Source of the DNA: an uncultured bacterium
GTDB lineage: Bacteria > Fidelibacterota > UBA2242
Reading direction: 5' to 3'
Assembly: GCA_964576275.1 (NCBI GenBank)
Contig: CAZNUN010000004.1
Location: 28,736 to 92,735 of the forward strand
Length of the DNA stretch: 64,000 bases
Part shown: piece after piece, positions 50,522-59,699 of the stretch
Layout of the letters: every line of letters begins with the position of its first letter
Position numbering within the stretch: position 1 is the stretch's first letter
Notes under the pieces: model-generated
Database searches by the model: none
Told to the model about the DNA's origin: nothing
The model's input: the letters and a program-made list of their open reading frames with translations, nothing else
Made by a program: the position numbers and the translations under genes

Positions 50522-50620
50522 ATTAACGCTTAAATGTACGCTATATTGTACGATATTTCAACCTTTATCTCGATCTTTTGCGCTGATGGCGGAAAGGTTC
50601 AGCCGCGACGTGTGCTCCTC

Positions 50621-50743
50621 GCCGGTGAAAAACCATACCTGATCGTCATCCAGCAACGTACTTTAAATTTCTGGCTGGGCGGGATCAGGCATGGGGAAAT
50701 GAGCATTATCGGCGGTGGCTCTGTTTCTTGGAATAACACGTAA
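50621..50743 (+). pseudogene. displaced 3'-end fragment of the THEP1-like NTPase gene
   Basis: It encodes …GEKPYLIVIQQRTLNFWLGGIRHGEMSIIGGGSVSWNNT*. A 36-bp exact core (ttaaatttctggctgggcgggatcaggcatggggaa) is shared between 49847-49882 and 50663-50698, and the flanks diverge at synonymous sites. Confidence 0.75.
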
Positions 50744-50745
50744 AA

Positions 50746-51735
50746 TCAACCAAATATTTCCTCGTCGGAATGCTTACGGCATTGCCGGCAGTAAAGTCCG
50801 GAATTCTGTACAAAGAGCCGCTTTTCATAGCGCTTCAACTGCCGCAGGTAGGCGTTGCCGGTTACCGCGCCGCAATGCGGGCAAATGTGATTGACGATGC
50901 GCTGTTTGTCACCTGGGCGGATAGTGTCGCGCAGGAAGACGCCCTCTTGCCGGATAATACGACGATCGCGATCAGAAAATAGGTCCGGTCCATAGATATG
51001 ACCGTCAATATCGAGGAAGGCTAAGTTCAGCGGCGCGCCGCAACGCCAGCATTTGCCCGGTAGAACGTAAAGCGCTTTCCGGTACAAAGGCCCTCCGCAT
51101 TCCGGGCAACGCCTTTTGGAACAATGAATAATCAGCTCCGGGTTGATTGTCGGGCTGGCAACCATTTCTTCGAGGTCTTCCGCCGACCGGACGCGGAAAA
51201 TCAGCAGAGGGATTTGACGCTGACTGGTGAATAGCAAAACATTCTCATCCGGTGAGTGCGCCACGACGATTTCGATCAGAACGTTCGGTTCGCCGCGCTC
51301 ATCCAGCAGACTGATGTCCGGGCGACATGCGCCCAATTCCTGCTCTGTGACGATCGTTTTCACCTTATCAAAGAAATCAAGAGAGTGTTGGTCACCGCAT
51401 AGTTGGCATTTCCAACGCAGAACGAGAGCGACTTGCCGACTCAGCAGATTTTGCAGTTTTTCGAACAGCAGGCGTTTTGCTAGATAATGCAGAACGGTTT
51501 CAGCATTGCATTTCGCGCCGGGAGAATGCGCAAAGTGGTGACGCTTTTGATCGCCTTTGCGGGCGATGACCGACTGACGGCAGACCGGACAAACACAGCC
51601 GCAGGCCAGCCCTTTTCCGACCTGCGACACATGCCGCAGGAAACCTTCCTTCTCGGCAAAAGGGATTTTAATCGCACCGGTTTCGCCTGGCTGATTATAC
51701 CGGGCAACGATGGCTTTTATCTGGGAGATGTCCAT
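50746..51735 (-). CDS. Cys-rich CoiA-like protein (N-terminal CPxC…HFAH zinc finger, PD-(D/E)xK-like core, three C-terminal CxxC ribbons)
   Basis: CGCVCPVCRQSVIARKGDQKRHHFAHSPGAKC resembles the CoiA N-terminus. PDISLLDERGEPNVLIEIVVAHS is nuclease-like. CPECGG…CWRCG, CPHCG and CRQCR are also present. Confidence 0.45.
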   Translation of the reverse strand: MDISQIKAIVARYNQPGETGAIKIPFAEKEGFLRHVSQVGKGLACGCVCPVCRQSVIARKGDQKRHHFAHSPGAKCNAETVLHYLAKRLLFEKLQNLLSRQVALVLRWKCQLCGDQHSLDFFDKVKTIVTEQELGACRPDISLLDERGEPNVLIEIVVAHSPDENVLLFTSQRQIPLLIFRVRSAEDLEEMVASPTINPELIIHCSKRRCPECGGPLYRKALYVLPGKCWRCGAPLNLAFLDIDGHIYGPDLFSDRDRRIIRQEGVFLRDTIRPGDKQRIVNHICPHCGAVTGNAYLRQLKRYEKRLFVQNSGLYCRQCRKHSDEEIFG

Positions 51736-51837
51736 CAGTTAAGACCGGTTTTATTCACGACAGAATTTTAAACAATTGCCGGATTAATTGGAAGAATTTT
51801 GTCTGATCGGTTGAGCACTTCCGACTGGCGGCTTTAA

Positions 51838-52209
51838 TCAGGTGGATTGTGTGGTAAGAGTGTCCAATAAGTCCGATTGAGTTGTGACCGCGCATTTAAA
51901 ACCGTAAACCTCCGCCATAGTACTGATAATTTTAACGGCAAACAGGTTTCTTTCGGTCGTCATAATCGTAACGCCGCCCAGGAAATTTGATTTCAACATA
52001 ATGAGGGTGTCTCTGATCCTGAAAAGGTCGGAAGGCGGCGGGGTGGATTCAATTTTTCGTAAATCCACGATAATATGGAAATGGGGATCGAACTTTTTCG
52101 ATTTGATGAGGCTTTTAATTGAGGCGGAAATGGAATGCAAATCAGCGGCGCCTTCTTCCTTGACCACGACGGTTCGGTGTTGCTGAAATATTTTATAGGA
52201 GTAGCCCAC
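51838..52209 (-). CDS. small conserved hypothetical protein, paralogue 2 of a tandem pair downstream of copA
   Basis: 123 aa. It is ~40% identical to the adjacent 122-aa ORF (MxYSYKIxxxxxTVVVKxEGA…FDPHxxIIVDLRK…KIISTMA). It has no Cys/His metal-binding motifs. Confidence 0.45.
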   Translation of the reverse strand: MGYSYKIFQQHRTVVVKEEGAADLHSISASIKSLIKSKKFDPHFHIIVDLRKIESTPPPSDLFRIRDTLIMLKSNFLGGVTIMTTERNLFAVKIISTMAEVYGFKCAVTTQSDLLDTLTTQST

Positions 52210-52249
52210 TATCTGAAAATCTCTAAAAATGTATCCTTAAAGACTTCAT

Positions 52250-52618
52250 TTAATTGTCTGCTTCCAGTCTGTCTAATATGGGCGAGTTGGTGACAACCTT
52301 AACTGTCATCCCGTGAACCGCCGCCATGGTAGAGATAATTTTGGCGACGGCAAGAGCCGTTTCCTTTTGTACTATGGTGATTGAGGCGCGAAAGGCGGAT
52401 TTCATGCTAATTAAAGTATCCTTGAGCATAAGAGGATTGGGCGCGTAAAATTGCAGCTCCATTTTTCTTAAATCAACGATAATGTCATAATGCGGGTCAA
52501 AATTTTCATCAGCCGCCAGGGATTTCATCGTGGCGACACTGGCTTTGATGCTTACGGCTCCTTCAGCCTTTACCACAACGGTTTTTTGCTCCTTATAAAT
52601 TTTATATGAATATGGCAT
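52250..52618 (-). CDS. small conserved hypothetical protein, paralogue 1 of a tandem pair downstream of copA
   Basis: 122 aa, paralogous to 51838-52209. It lies on the same strand directly downstream of copA. Confidence 0.45.
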   Translation of the reverse strand: MPYSYKIYKEQKTVVVKAEGAVSIKASVATMKSLAADENFDPHYDIIVDLRKMELQFYAPNPLMLKDTLISMKSAFRASITIVQKETALAVAKIISTMAAVHGMTVKVVTNSPILDRLEADN

Positions 52619-52686
52619 GCGTTTTTATTTTAATGTCTGAATTAGTTTTTCCTTAATCACTCGTGATAATATATAGTATCTCAGAT

Positions 52687-54900
52687 CTAATAATCGGCTT
52701 TAAATTTTCTTAAACCAAGCGAGAGTGTGATTACAGTCACAGAAGAAAGCGCCATTGCCAGACCGCCGAGCTCCGGTCGGAAGGTGATTCCGAAAAAGGG
52801 GAAAAGCAGACCGGCGGCGACCGGCACCAGCGCCGTATTGTAGGCAAACGCCCAGAAAAGATTCTGGCGAATCCGCCGTATGACCTTGCGGCTGAGTTGC
52901 AGGGCTACGCTGACGTCTTTCAGATCGTTCCGGATCAGAACAATATCGCCGCTCTCAAGCGCCACATCGGTTCCCGAGCCGATCGCTATCCCGATGTCAG
53001 CCTGAGCTAAGGCGACGGCGTCGTTAATGCCGTCTCCGACAAAAGCCACAACTTCACCTTTCTGCTGAAGTTCATAAATAGCGTCCGCCTTATCCTGCGG
53101 CAGGACTTCCGCAAGCACATTATCAATCCCGACCTGCGCCGCGATGGCCTGCGCAGTGTGTTGATTATCGCCGGTAAGCATGGCTACTTTCAGGTCGTCG
53201 GACTTCAATTTGTTCACGGCAGAAATGGCGGAATCTTTCAAAGTATCGGCGATGGCGATCGCCCCGCTGATCATTTTATCGATGGCGATTAAAACCGTCG
53301 TCTTGCCGGCGGCGTTGTATTGCTGAACAACTCCGGCGATTTCCGCAGAAATTGTTTTCCGGTTTGCGCGGCAAAATGCTTCCGTGCCGATGAGCACTTC
53401 ATGATTTTCCACGTAACCCGAAATGCCCCGACCGCCGAAAGCCACAAAATTTTCGGCGGCTGGAATGGCAATTTTTTGCTCTTTGGCATAATTGACTATC
53501 GCGGCGGCCAGCGGATGCTCGGAATTGCTCTCGAGTGCGGCGGCAAAACGCAGTAATTCTTCCGATGAAATTCCGACCGGAAAAACATCGGTAACGCTCG
53601 GTTTGCCATTCGTCAGTGTTCCGGTTTTATCAAAGACAACGCTTGTGATACGCGGCGCGATTTCCAGAGCCGTGCCGTTTTTAATCAGAATGCCGAGTTC
53701 CGCGCCGCGCCCGATGCCGACGGTCACGGCGGTCGGAGTCGCCAGTCCGAGAGCGCATGGGCAGGCGATCACCAAAACGGAAATCAGAGTCGTCAGCGAA
53801 AAAAGTAAAGTTTGTCCGACAATGAAATACCAATAGGTAAATGCAAGTGTGGCAATCGTTAAAATCACCGGAATAAAATAACTGACCGCCACGTCCGCCA
53901 GGCGTTGAACCGGAGGACGACTGCCCTGCGCCTGTTCGACTAAGCGTATGATTTGCGCCAAAATCGTATCGCGACCGACGCGTTCAGCCCGGAATTGCAG
54001 GACGCCGTTCTGATTTAAAGTGCCGCCGCTGACCTTGTCGCCGGTCTGCTTGTAAACCGGTAAGGATTCGCCGGTCAGCATGGATTCGTCGATGTAACTT
54101 TCGCCGCTAACCACGATTCCGTCAACCGGAATGCGTCCGCCTGGTTTGACTATTACGACGTCGCCCGGCACGACCGTTTCGAGCGGAATTACCGTTTCAA
54201 TACCGTCGCGGATCACGCTGGCGGTTTTAGGCTGGAGACCGAGCAGGCGTTTGATGGCGCCGGAAGTTTTACCTTTGGCGCGGGCTTCCAGAAAACGACC
54301 GAGCGTCAGAAAAGTCGCCAGAAAAATCGCCGTCTCGTAAAACATATAATCGCGGGTCAGCACAATCTCGAAAGTGCCCAGCAGGCTGGCGAGAAACGCC
54401 ACGCCGATACCCATGGCGTACATAACGTCCATGTTCAAACTACGATTGCGGAGCGCCTGCCAGGCGGCTTTGAAAATCGGGTAACTCAGGTAAATGAAAA
54501 CCGGCGTGGCTAAAATAAGCATCAGATAGGAAATCGCAAATGGCAATCTGAAATCGACAAACATCGGAATCATTAAAATGACGCCGGCGATGAAACCGAT
54601 AATTATGCGGCGCATTTTGATCCGCAATTCCCGGCGGAGAACTTCATCCTGATCGGTTGCGAGTTCTTCTTCCCGGCCAAGATACTGATAGCCGGCGGAT
54701 TCGATGGCGGTTTTGGCGGCTTCCACAGAAAAATGTTGGCTATCGAAAGTCAGGTAGGCTTTCTCGTTAGCCAGATTGACACTTACGCTTTGAATTCCTG
54801 CGATTTGGCTGACTGCATTTTCAACGGCTTTGGCGCACATGGCGCAATGCATGCCGCCGATTTTGATAACTATCTGGTCTTTTATTTGTGTTGATGGCAT
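52687..54900 (-). CDS. copA: copper-translocating P-type ATPase
   Basis: N-terminal HMA domain ([12 protein letters not shown]). CPC motif ([11 protein letters not shown]). DKTGTLT phosphorylation site. [10 protein letters not shown]. Confidence 0.9.
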   Translation of the reverse strand: MPSTQIKDQIVIKIGGMHCAMCAKAVENAVSQIAGIQSVSVNLANEKAYLTFDSQHFSVEAAKTAIESAGYQYLGREEELATDQDEVLRRELRIKMRRIIIGFIAGVILMIPMFVDFRLPFAISYLMLILATPVFIYLSYPIFKAAWQALRNRSLNMDVMYAMGIGVAFLASLLGTFEIVLTRDYMFYETAIFLATFLTLGRFLEARAKGKTSGAIKRLLGLQPKTASVIRDGIETVIPLETVVPGDVVIVKPGGRIPVDGIVVSGESYIDESMLTGESLPVYKQTGDKVSGGTLNQNGVLQFRAERVGRDTILAQIIRLVEQAQGSRPPVQRLADVAVSYFIPVILTIATLAFTYWYFIVGQTLLFSLTTLISVLVIACPCALGLATPTAVTVGIGRGAELGILIKNGTALEIAPRITSVVFDKTGTLTNGKPSVTDVFPVGISSEELLRFAAALESNSEHPLAAAIVNYAKEQKIAIPAAENFVAFGGRGISGYVENHEVLIGTEAFCRANRKTISAEIAGVVQQYNAAGKTTVLIAIDKMISGAIAIADTLKDSAISAVNKLKSDDLKVAMLTGDNQHTAQAIAAQVGIDNVLAEVLPQDKADAIYELQQKGEVVAFVGDGINDAVALAQADIGIAIGSGTDVALESGDIVLIRNDLKDVSVALQLSRKVIRRIRQNLFWAFAYNTALVPVAAGLLFPFFGITFRPELGGLAMALSSVTVITLSLGLRKFKADY

Positions 54901-54964
54901 AATCGTTTACTTTCAGTATTGATGTACCAGAAGTTAGATATAGAACGGCAATTATAGTTACGGT

Positions 54965-57820
54965 TTAAAATTCTATTCCGAGTATCAATGGACTTACCTG
55001 GTGACTCTGATCCGCGAAGCGGTAGGCGATCCGCACGCCCGCATACAGTTCGGCGTACAAGTCAAAAACGCAGAAGTCGAAATTCAAATCCACTCCGACG
55101 GAATTATACTGTTGGCGAAAAGCGCCGGTCTTGCCGAAATTGAAATCGCCGAAAAGTGCACCCCGCAGACGCTTGAAATAAATGAGCGAACCGAATGCCA
55201 AATCCGGGTAGGCGAGCGGCATTTCATAGGTAGCGCCTGCTCCGGTAAACAGATCGTGATAGAGGTAATCGTAACTCTTGGCGTATGAAACTAGACTCGC
55301 GAACCGGTAATTCACCGGATCCTGCCATTCGAGTTTGGCGTCGAGCATCAGGCTGTGATGTTTGGCGAACCCCGGCAGATAATAATTGCCTTGGAGGGAG
55401 ATTATGCGGCTTTTATAATCGCCTTTCAGGGGAGTGTGTCTGAAATTGATCTGGGTAGTATAACCGGCAATCGGTTTGACGTCCCGCGGTGCGGGAGTTT
55501 GGTAATTTTTATAGGCGATCCCGTACGAAAACGGCAGGAGGCAGCCATGTCTGGATTCGTCAGGTACGATTGAGAGTATTTCAGTTACATGGGTATAAGC
55601 GCCGCTCAGACTCATCTGCAGTATGCGGTTGGTGGCGCCTTCAGAGAAATCCAGCGGCAGGTCGGCGCCCAGCGAGAACGCCGTTTCATTCGAGGTACCG
55701 GTCGTCAAGTCATCAGAAATTTCTCCGAAGTAGCTGGCTCTTTTACCAAGGTTAACGCCGGCGCTCAGGATCGGATAAAAACCGGCGTAGCAGATTTCCG
55801 AACCAAGCGAGAAAACTTTTTCAGTGGAATTGAAACTCACTTTGGTATTGACCGCCGCCGTATTCAGGATATCGTTGGAATACAGGCCGATGTCCGCCGA
55901 AGTTGAGGAAATTAAATAATACCAGCTATGAATGTTCATCAGGTGTTTTAACGGATGATAATCCGTCACAGCGAATCGCTTTTGGGGAATTTTATCAGTG
56001 ACGAATAAATTGCCGCCCTGTTCCTGCTGGACGAGCGGTTCGTAATAGCGGATGTCGCGCCGTTCGACTGTTTCAAGCGGTTGCCAGTTCTGCGGATCGA
56101 AGGGCATTTCGCAGACGTCCAGTCCATTGACGTCATAATCGCTGAATAAGAGACGTGTGCCGTCCGCGGAGACCGATGGGTAATAGGCGCCGAATTTGCG
56201 CGAAGTCACCTGAAAGCGTCGTCCGCTTGGAATTTCGACGGCGTAGATATTGTCAATGCCCGACCAGGCTGAATTGTAAAGTATAAACCGGTCGAAAAAT
56301 TCCGGGAATTCGTCGAAAGGATGACATTCGGCGGTGATGATTTCTTCGGCGTCGTTTTCCAGATCGTAAAGCGCCAGCGATTTGCCGGTTGAGCCTTGTT
56401 TGAAGTACACGAGCCGGCGACCGTCGGGCGACCAGGCCGGATTCTTGATAAAACCGTTGTCGGGATTGGACAAAGCGCGGAGCTCTGCGCCGGTCGCAGG
56501 ATCCATCAGGACGAGGTGGCATCTGCGCTCCGGAGTAAATTTCACGACGGCGAGAGCGCTTCCGTCAGGCGAAATGGCCGGCGAAAAGTATTTGCCTTCC
56601 GATGTGATTTGCCGGGCTTTCCCGCTTTTCCGGTCAAATAAATAAATATCCGAGAATACTTCCGCTCCCCAACGTGGATCGGGATTCAACTCGTCCCAGG
56701 CGATTAAGTCTCCGGCGACGCTGATGCGATTGTCGCCGTTGATTTTAGCCAGTTCGGATTGACTGCCGTCCGGATTAAGCCTTATTAGGGTGTGAGTATC
56801 GGCCAGTCCGTAGATAACGGCTACCACCGAGCCGTCGGGTGTGTATTGCGGCCAGCGGTATTGCGTCCAGACTTTTTTCGGCGTCAGGTTGATTTTTTGA
56901 GCTGAAGTGAATTCCAATCCTTCGAGCTGTGTGCGCCAGAGCGAATCGAGTTCGGTCATGGTGTCAGTATATAAACCTTTGGTGTTGCGGCCGGTTAGGA
57001 TCCGGCTGGCTTTCGAGAAGCCGAATGGATTCCAGGATCGTCGCGTCGAAATATGGGCGGCTCGATCCCAAAAATTGGCGCCGTAAGAGCGCCGCCCGTG
57101 AGTTGTCATCAGGAAGCCGAGATGATAATAGTCTGGGTAATAATCTTTATACGAACCGAGATAGGCTTTATCATAAGAGTAGAGCTGATTATTGAGCAGT
57201 AAAGTCCGGATTGCCAGGTCGAATTCCGGTTGGCGTCCGCGTCCGGCTGAGCTTAAAGCGGTTTCGATTCCGACGGCGTCGCCTTCAAAAAACCACATCG
57301 GCGTATGCCAGACGGTCAATCCCAGAACGGCATATTCGCCTGCCAGCAATCCAGCCAGTCGCGTAAAACCGGAATTAAAGCGGTCGAACTGAACCATGTG
57401 ACGCCCTTCGTGGATGGCTAAAAGATTATACCATTCAATACTGCCGGCCATAGAAGATTGAGTTGGCGTTGTAAACCATTCACTCTTGCGCGGCGCCAGC
57501 GTGACGTAGCCGTTAGCCTCGGCGCTCCGGTTGGACAGAACCAGCGGCCAGCGGCAGCTGTTCGGAGTAAGCGTTTTGCGAAGTGGAAAATACAAGTATT
57601 CCACCGTGTTGGCAACGCGCTGACCTTCGGAGGCAATTTCGGCCGGGAAAATAATTCGGAAATGCCGGGTTTCAATTTGCTGCCAGTCAATCCCTGGCCG
57701 CGGTTGATCGGAGTCGAGCAGTTGGGCGTGTACGTCGCTTGCCAGAAATGACAGGCAACCGATGAACGCGGTCAGGATTTTCAACGTCGAAAAACAGTGT
57801 ATCTGGCAAATTTTCTTCAT
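54965..57820 (-). CDS. large secreted/outer-membrane protein: N-terminal HExxH-containing domain, PD40/TolB-like beta-propeller repeats, C-terminal beta-barrel
   Basis: Signal peptide. HEGRH at LLAIHEGRHMVQ. Repeated SPDGS/WSPDGRRL PD40 motifs. C-terminal alternating strands ending …LILGIEF. Confidence 0.45.
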   Translation of the reverse strand: MKKICQIHCFSTLKILTAFIGCLSFLASDVHAQLLDSDQPRPGIDWQQIETRHFRIIFPAEIASEGQRVANTVEYLYFPLRKTLTPNSCRWPLVLSNRSAEANGYVTLAPRKSEWFTTPTQSSMAGSIEWYNLLAIHEGRHMVQFDRFNSGFTRLAGLLAGEYAVLGLTVWHTPMWFFEGDAVGIETALSSAGRGRQPEFDLAIRTLLLNNQLYSYDKAYLGSYKDYYPDYYHLGFLMTTHGRRSYGANFWDRAAHISTRRSWNPFGFSKASRILTGRNTKGLYTDTMTELDSLWRTQLEGLEFTSAQKINLTPKKVWTQYRWPQYTPDGSVVAVIYGLADTHTLIRLNPDGSQSELAKINGDNRISVAGDLIAWDELNPDPRWGAEVFSDIYLFDRKSGKARQITSEGKYFSPAISPDGSALAVVKFTPERRCHLVLMDPATGAELRALSNPDNGFIKNPAWSPDGRRLVYFKQGSTGKSLALYDLENDAEEIITAECHPFDEFPEFFDRFILYNSAWSGIDNIYAVEIPSGRRFQVTSRKFGAYYPSVSADGTRLLFSDYDVNGLDVCEMPFDPQNWQPLETVERRDIRYYEPLVQQEQGGNLFVTDKIPQKRFAVTDYHPLKHLMNIHSWYYLISSTSADIGLYSNDILNTAAVNTKVSFNSTEKVFSLGSEICYAGFYPILSAGVNLGKRASYFGEISDDLTTGTSNETAFSLGADLPLDFSEGATNRILQMSLSGAYTHVTEILSIVPDESRHGCLLPFSYGIAYKNYQTPAPRDVKPIAGYTTQINFRHTPLKGDYKSRIISLQGNYYLPGFAKHHSLMLDAKLEWQDPVNYRFASLVSYAKSYDYLYHDLFTGAGATYEMPLAYPDLAFGSLIYFKRLRGALFGDFNFGKTGAFRQQYNSVGVDLNFDFCVFDLYAELYAGVRIAYRFADQSHQVSPLILGIEF

Positions 57821-57950
57821 CGTTTTTCCGGTTAAAGCATTTGAAAATTACGGGTTGAATGAAGATAAACCAAAATTAAATGTTGAAATAGAATAGAGCA
57901 TACTAATTATTCGCCTTTTATGAATATTTTATGTAAAATAATAGCAGTTT

Positions 57951-58919
57951 TTGAAGATGATGAATATGAAAGTAAAAGAACTACTATTTGATTATATAAA
58001 TCCTTCGATTGAATACCGGATATTGAACATGGATGCTTATCATGCTCTTGGAGTTATACCAAATGGAAAATTCGACTTAATTATAACTTCTCCTCCTTAT
58101 AACATTGGCAAAGAGTACGAAACTAAAACTTCTATCGAGAAATATCTTGAAACACAAGAAGATATCATTAGAGAATTAATACGTGTTTTATCTGAACGAG
58201 GAAGTCTCTGTTGGCAAGTTGGAAATTTTGTGGACAAGGGAGAGATATTTCCTCTTGATATTTATTACTATCAGATATTTAAGAAATATGGATTGAAACT
58301 TCGCAATCGTATTATCTGGCATTTCGGGCATGGATTACATGCTTCTAAACGGTTTTCTGGTAGATATGAAACCATTCTATGGTTTACCAAAACTGATAAA
58401 TACATTTTTAATCTTGATGCCGTTCGAGTTCCTTCGAAATATCCAGGAAAGTTGCATTTTAAAGGACCTAATAAAGGAAAGCCTTCAGGAAATCCACTAG
58501 GTAAGAATCCATCTGATATATGGAAAGTCGTGATTAAAGATTGGGAAAATGAGTTATGGGACATTCCAAACGTTAAATCCAATCATCCCGAAAAAACTGA
58601 ACATCCATGTCAATTTCCTATTGAGTTAGTAGAACGTTGTGTTTTGGCTCTAACTAACGAAAAAAGTTGGGTTCTTGATCCTTTTGCTGGAGTTGGTTCT
58701 GCAATAATTGCAGCATTAAAAAATGGACGTAATTGTATAGGGATTGAGAAACAATATCACTATTGTGAAATCGCAAATAAAAGAATTGAAGATTTAAAGG
58801 AAGGAATGTTAAAAATAAGACCAATTAACAAACCTGTTCATAAACCTTCTGAGAACGATAAAGTTGCTCGAGTTCCAAAGGAATGGATGAAATTAGCAAA
58901 GAATGGTTATCTCATATGA
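57951..58919 (+). CDS. DNA methyltransferase, beta-class N4-cytosine/N6-adenine (motif IV SPPY)
   Basis: DLIITSPPYNIGKEY motif IV, followed by a SAM-binding motif I near the C-terminus (DPFAGVGS), the beta-class order. AT-rich composition. Confidence 0.85.
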   Translation: MKMMNMKVKELLFDYINPSIEYRILNMDAYHALGVIPNGKFDLIITSPPYNIGKEYETKTSIEKYLETQEDIIRELIRVLSERGSLCWQVGNFVDKGEIFPLDIYYYQIFKKYGLKLRNRIIWHFGHGLHASKRFSGRYETILWFTKTDKYIFNLDAVRVPSKYPGKLHFKGPNKGKPSGNPLGKNPSDIWKVVIKDWENELWDIPNVKSNHPEKTEHPCQFPIELVERCVLALTNEKSWVLDPFAGVGSAIIAALKNGRNCIGIEKQYHYCEIANKRIEDLKEGMLKIRPINKPVHKPSENDKVARVPKEWMKLAKNGYLI

Positions 58920-59530
58920 AAATAGCACAAAAATATTCGCATTTAAATGGTGAAGAATATCTTATTGTTCACCATCCGGGTCTGTATAAAGAAATAAAGG
59001 CCGTCATTAAAAATATAGACGCCGATAAAATTAAAACAAAGGTGAGTAAAGAGATAAGAAAAAAAGGCAACAAACTCTATAGTCCGAAAGAATTGAATAG
59101 AACATTTAATCGCGAATTCTCTACGAAAAATTGGACGGAAAGTCGCTATAATTATTATATTACTCTCAACCGAGAATTAATGGAAAAAAGTATCTCGATG
59201 TCTGCTTCGGAGCAGAAAAAATTTCTACTAGAGAATGGTGAAAATACTCCAATATTTAGTTATAATCAGACTGATTTTGTCAAAGAAAAGGTCGCTATCG
59301 AGGTACAGTTTGGAAAATATTCATTTGTGGCTTATGATTTGTTTGTTAAGCATATGCTGTTTTATTCAGGTGGTGTAATAAATTTAGGTATCGAGATACT
59401 TCCCACGAAAAATATGCAATGTCAAATGTCAAGCGGAATAGCATACTATGAAGGAGAAGTATATAATGTCATGAGGCAGGGACGAAATAATCCTCCGGTT
59501 CCCCTGCTAATCTTAGGAATCGAACCTTAA
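58916..59530 (+). CDS. type II restriction endonuclease, BglII-like family
   Basis: The start overlaps the MTase stop (ATGA). DFVKEKVAIEVQFGKYSFVAYDLF parallels the BglII catalytic block DFGKRDTLVEVQFSNYPFLL (E-x-Q). C-terminal PLLILGIE parallels PIRLVGLIE. Confidence 0.65.
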   Translation: MKIAQKYSHLNGEEYLIVHHPGLYKEIKAVIKNIDADKIKTKVSKEIRKKGNKLYSPKELNRTFNREFSTKNWTESRYNYYITLNRELMEKSISMSASEQKKFLLENGENTPIFSYNQTDFVKEKVAIEVQFGKYSFVAYDLFVKHMLFYSGGVINLGIEILPTKNMQCQMSSGIAYYEGEVYNVMRQGRNNPPVPLLILGIEP

Positions 59531-59699
59531 GTATTACTCAAAATTAAAACTTATTAATAGTAAAAACCACATAACCATTGTGCGCACCTAACATCCAGAG
59601 ATGCTCGATTGTTTGAAGTTTTTTCCAGGGTTTGGAAAGGTAAAAGTCCAAAGATGGCGCGTGATCATCAGCTTTTGATAGCTCTGATCCGCTTTCCCG

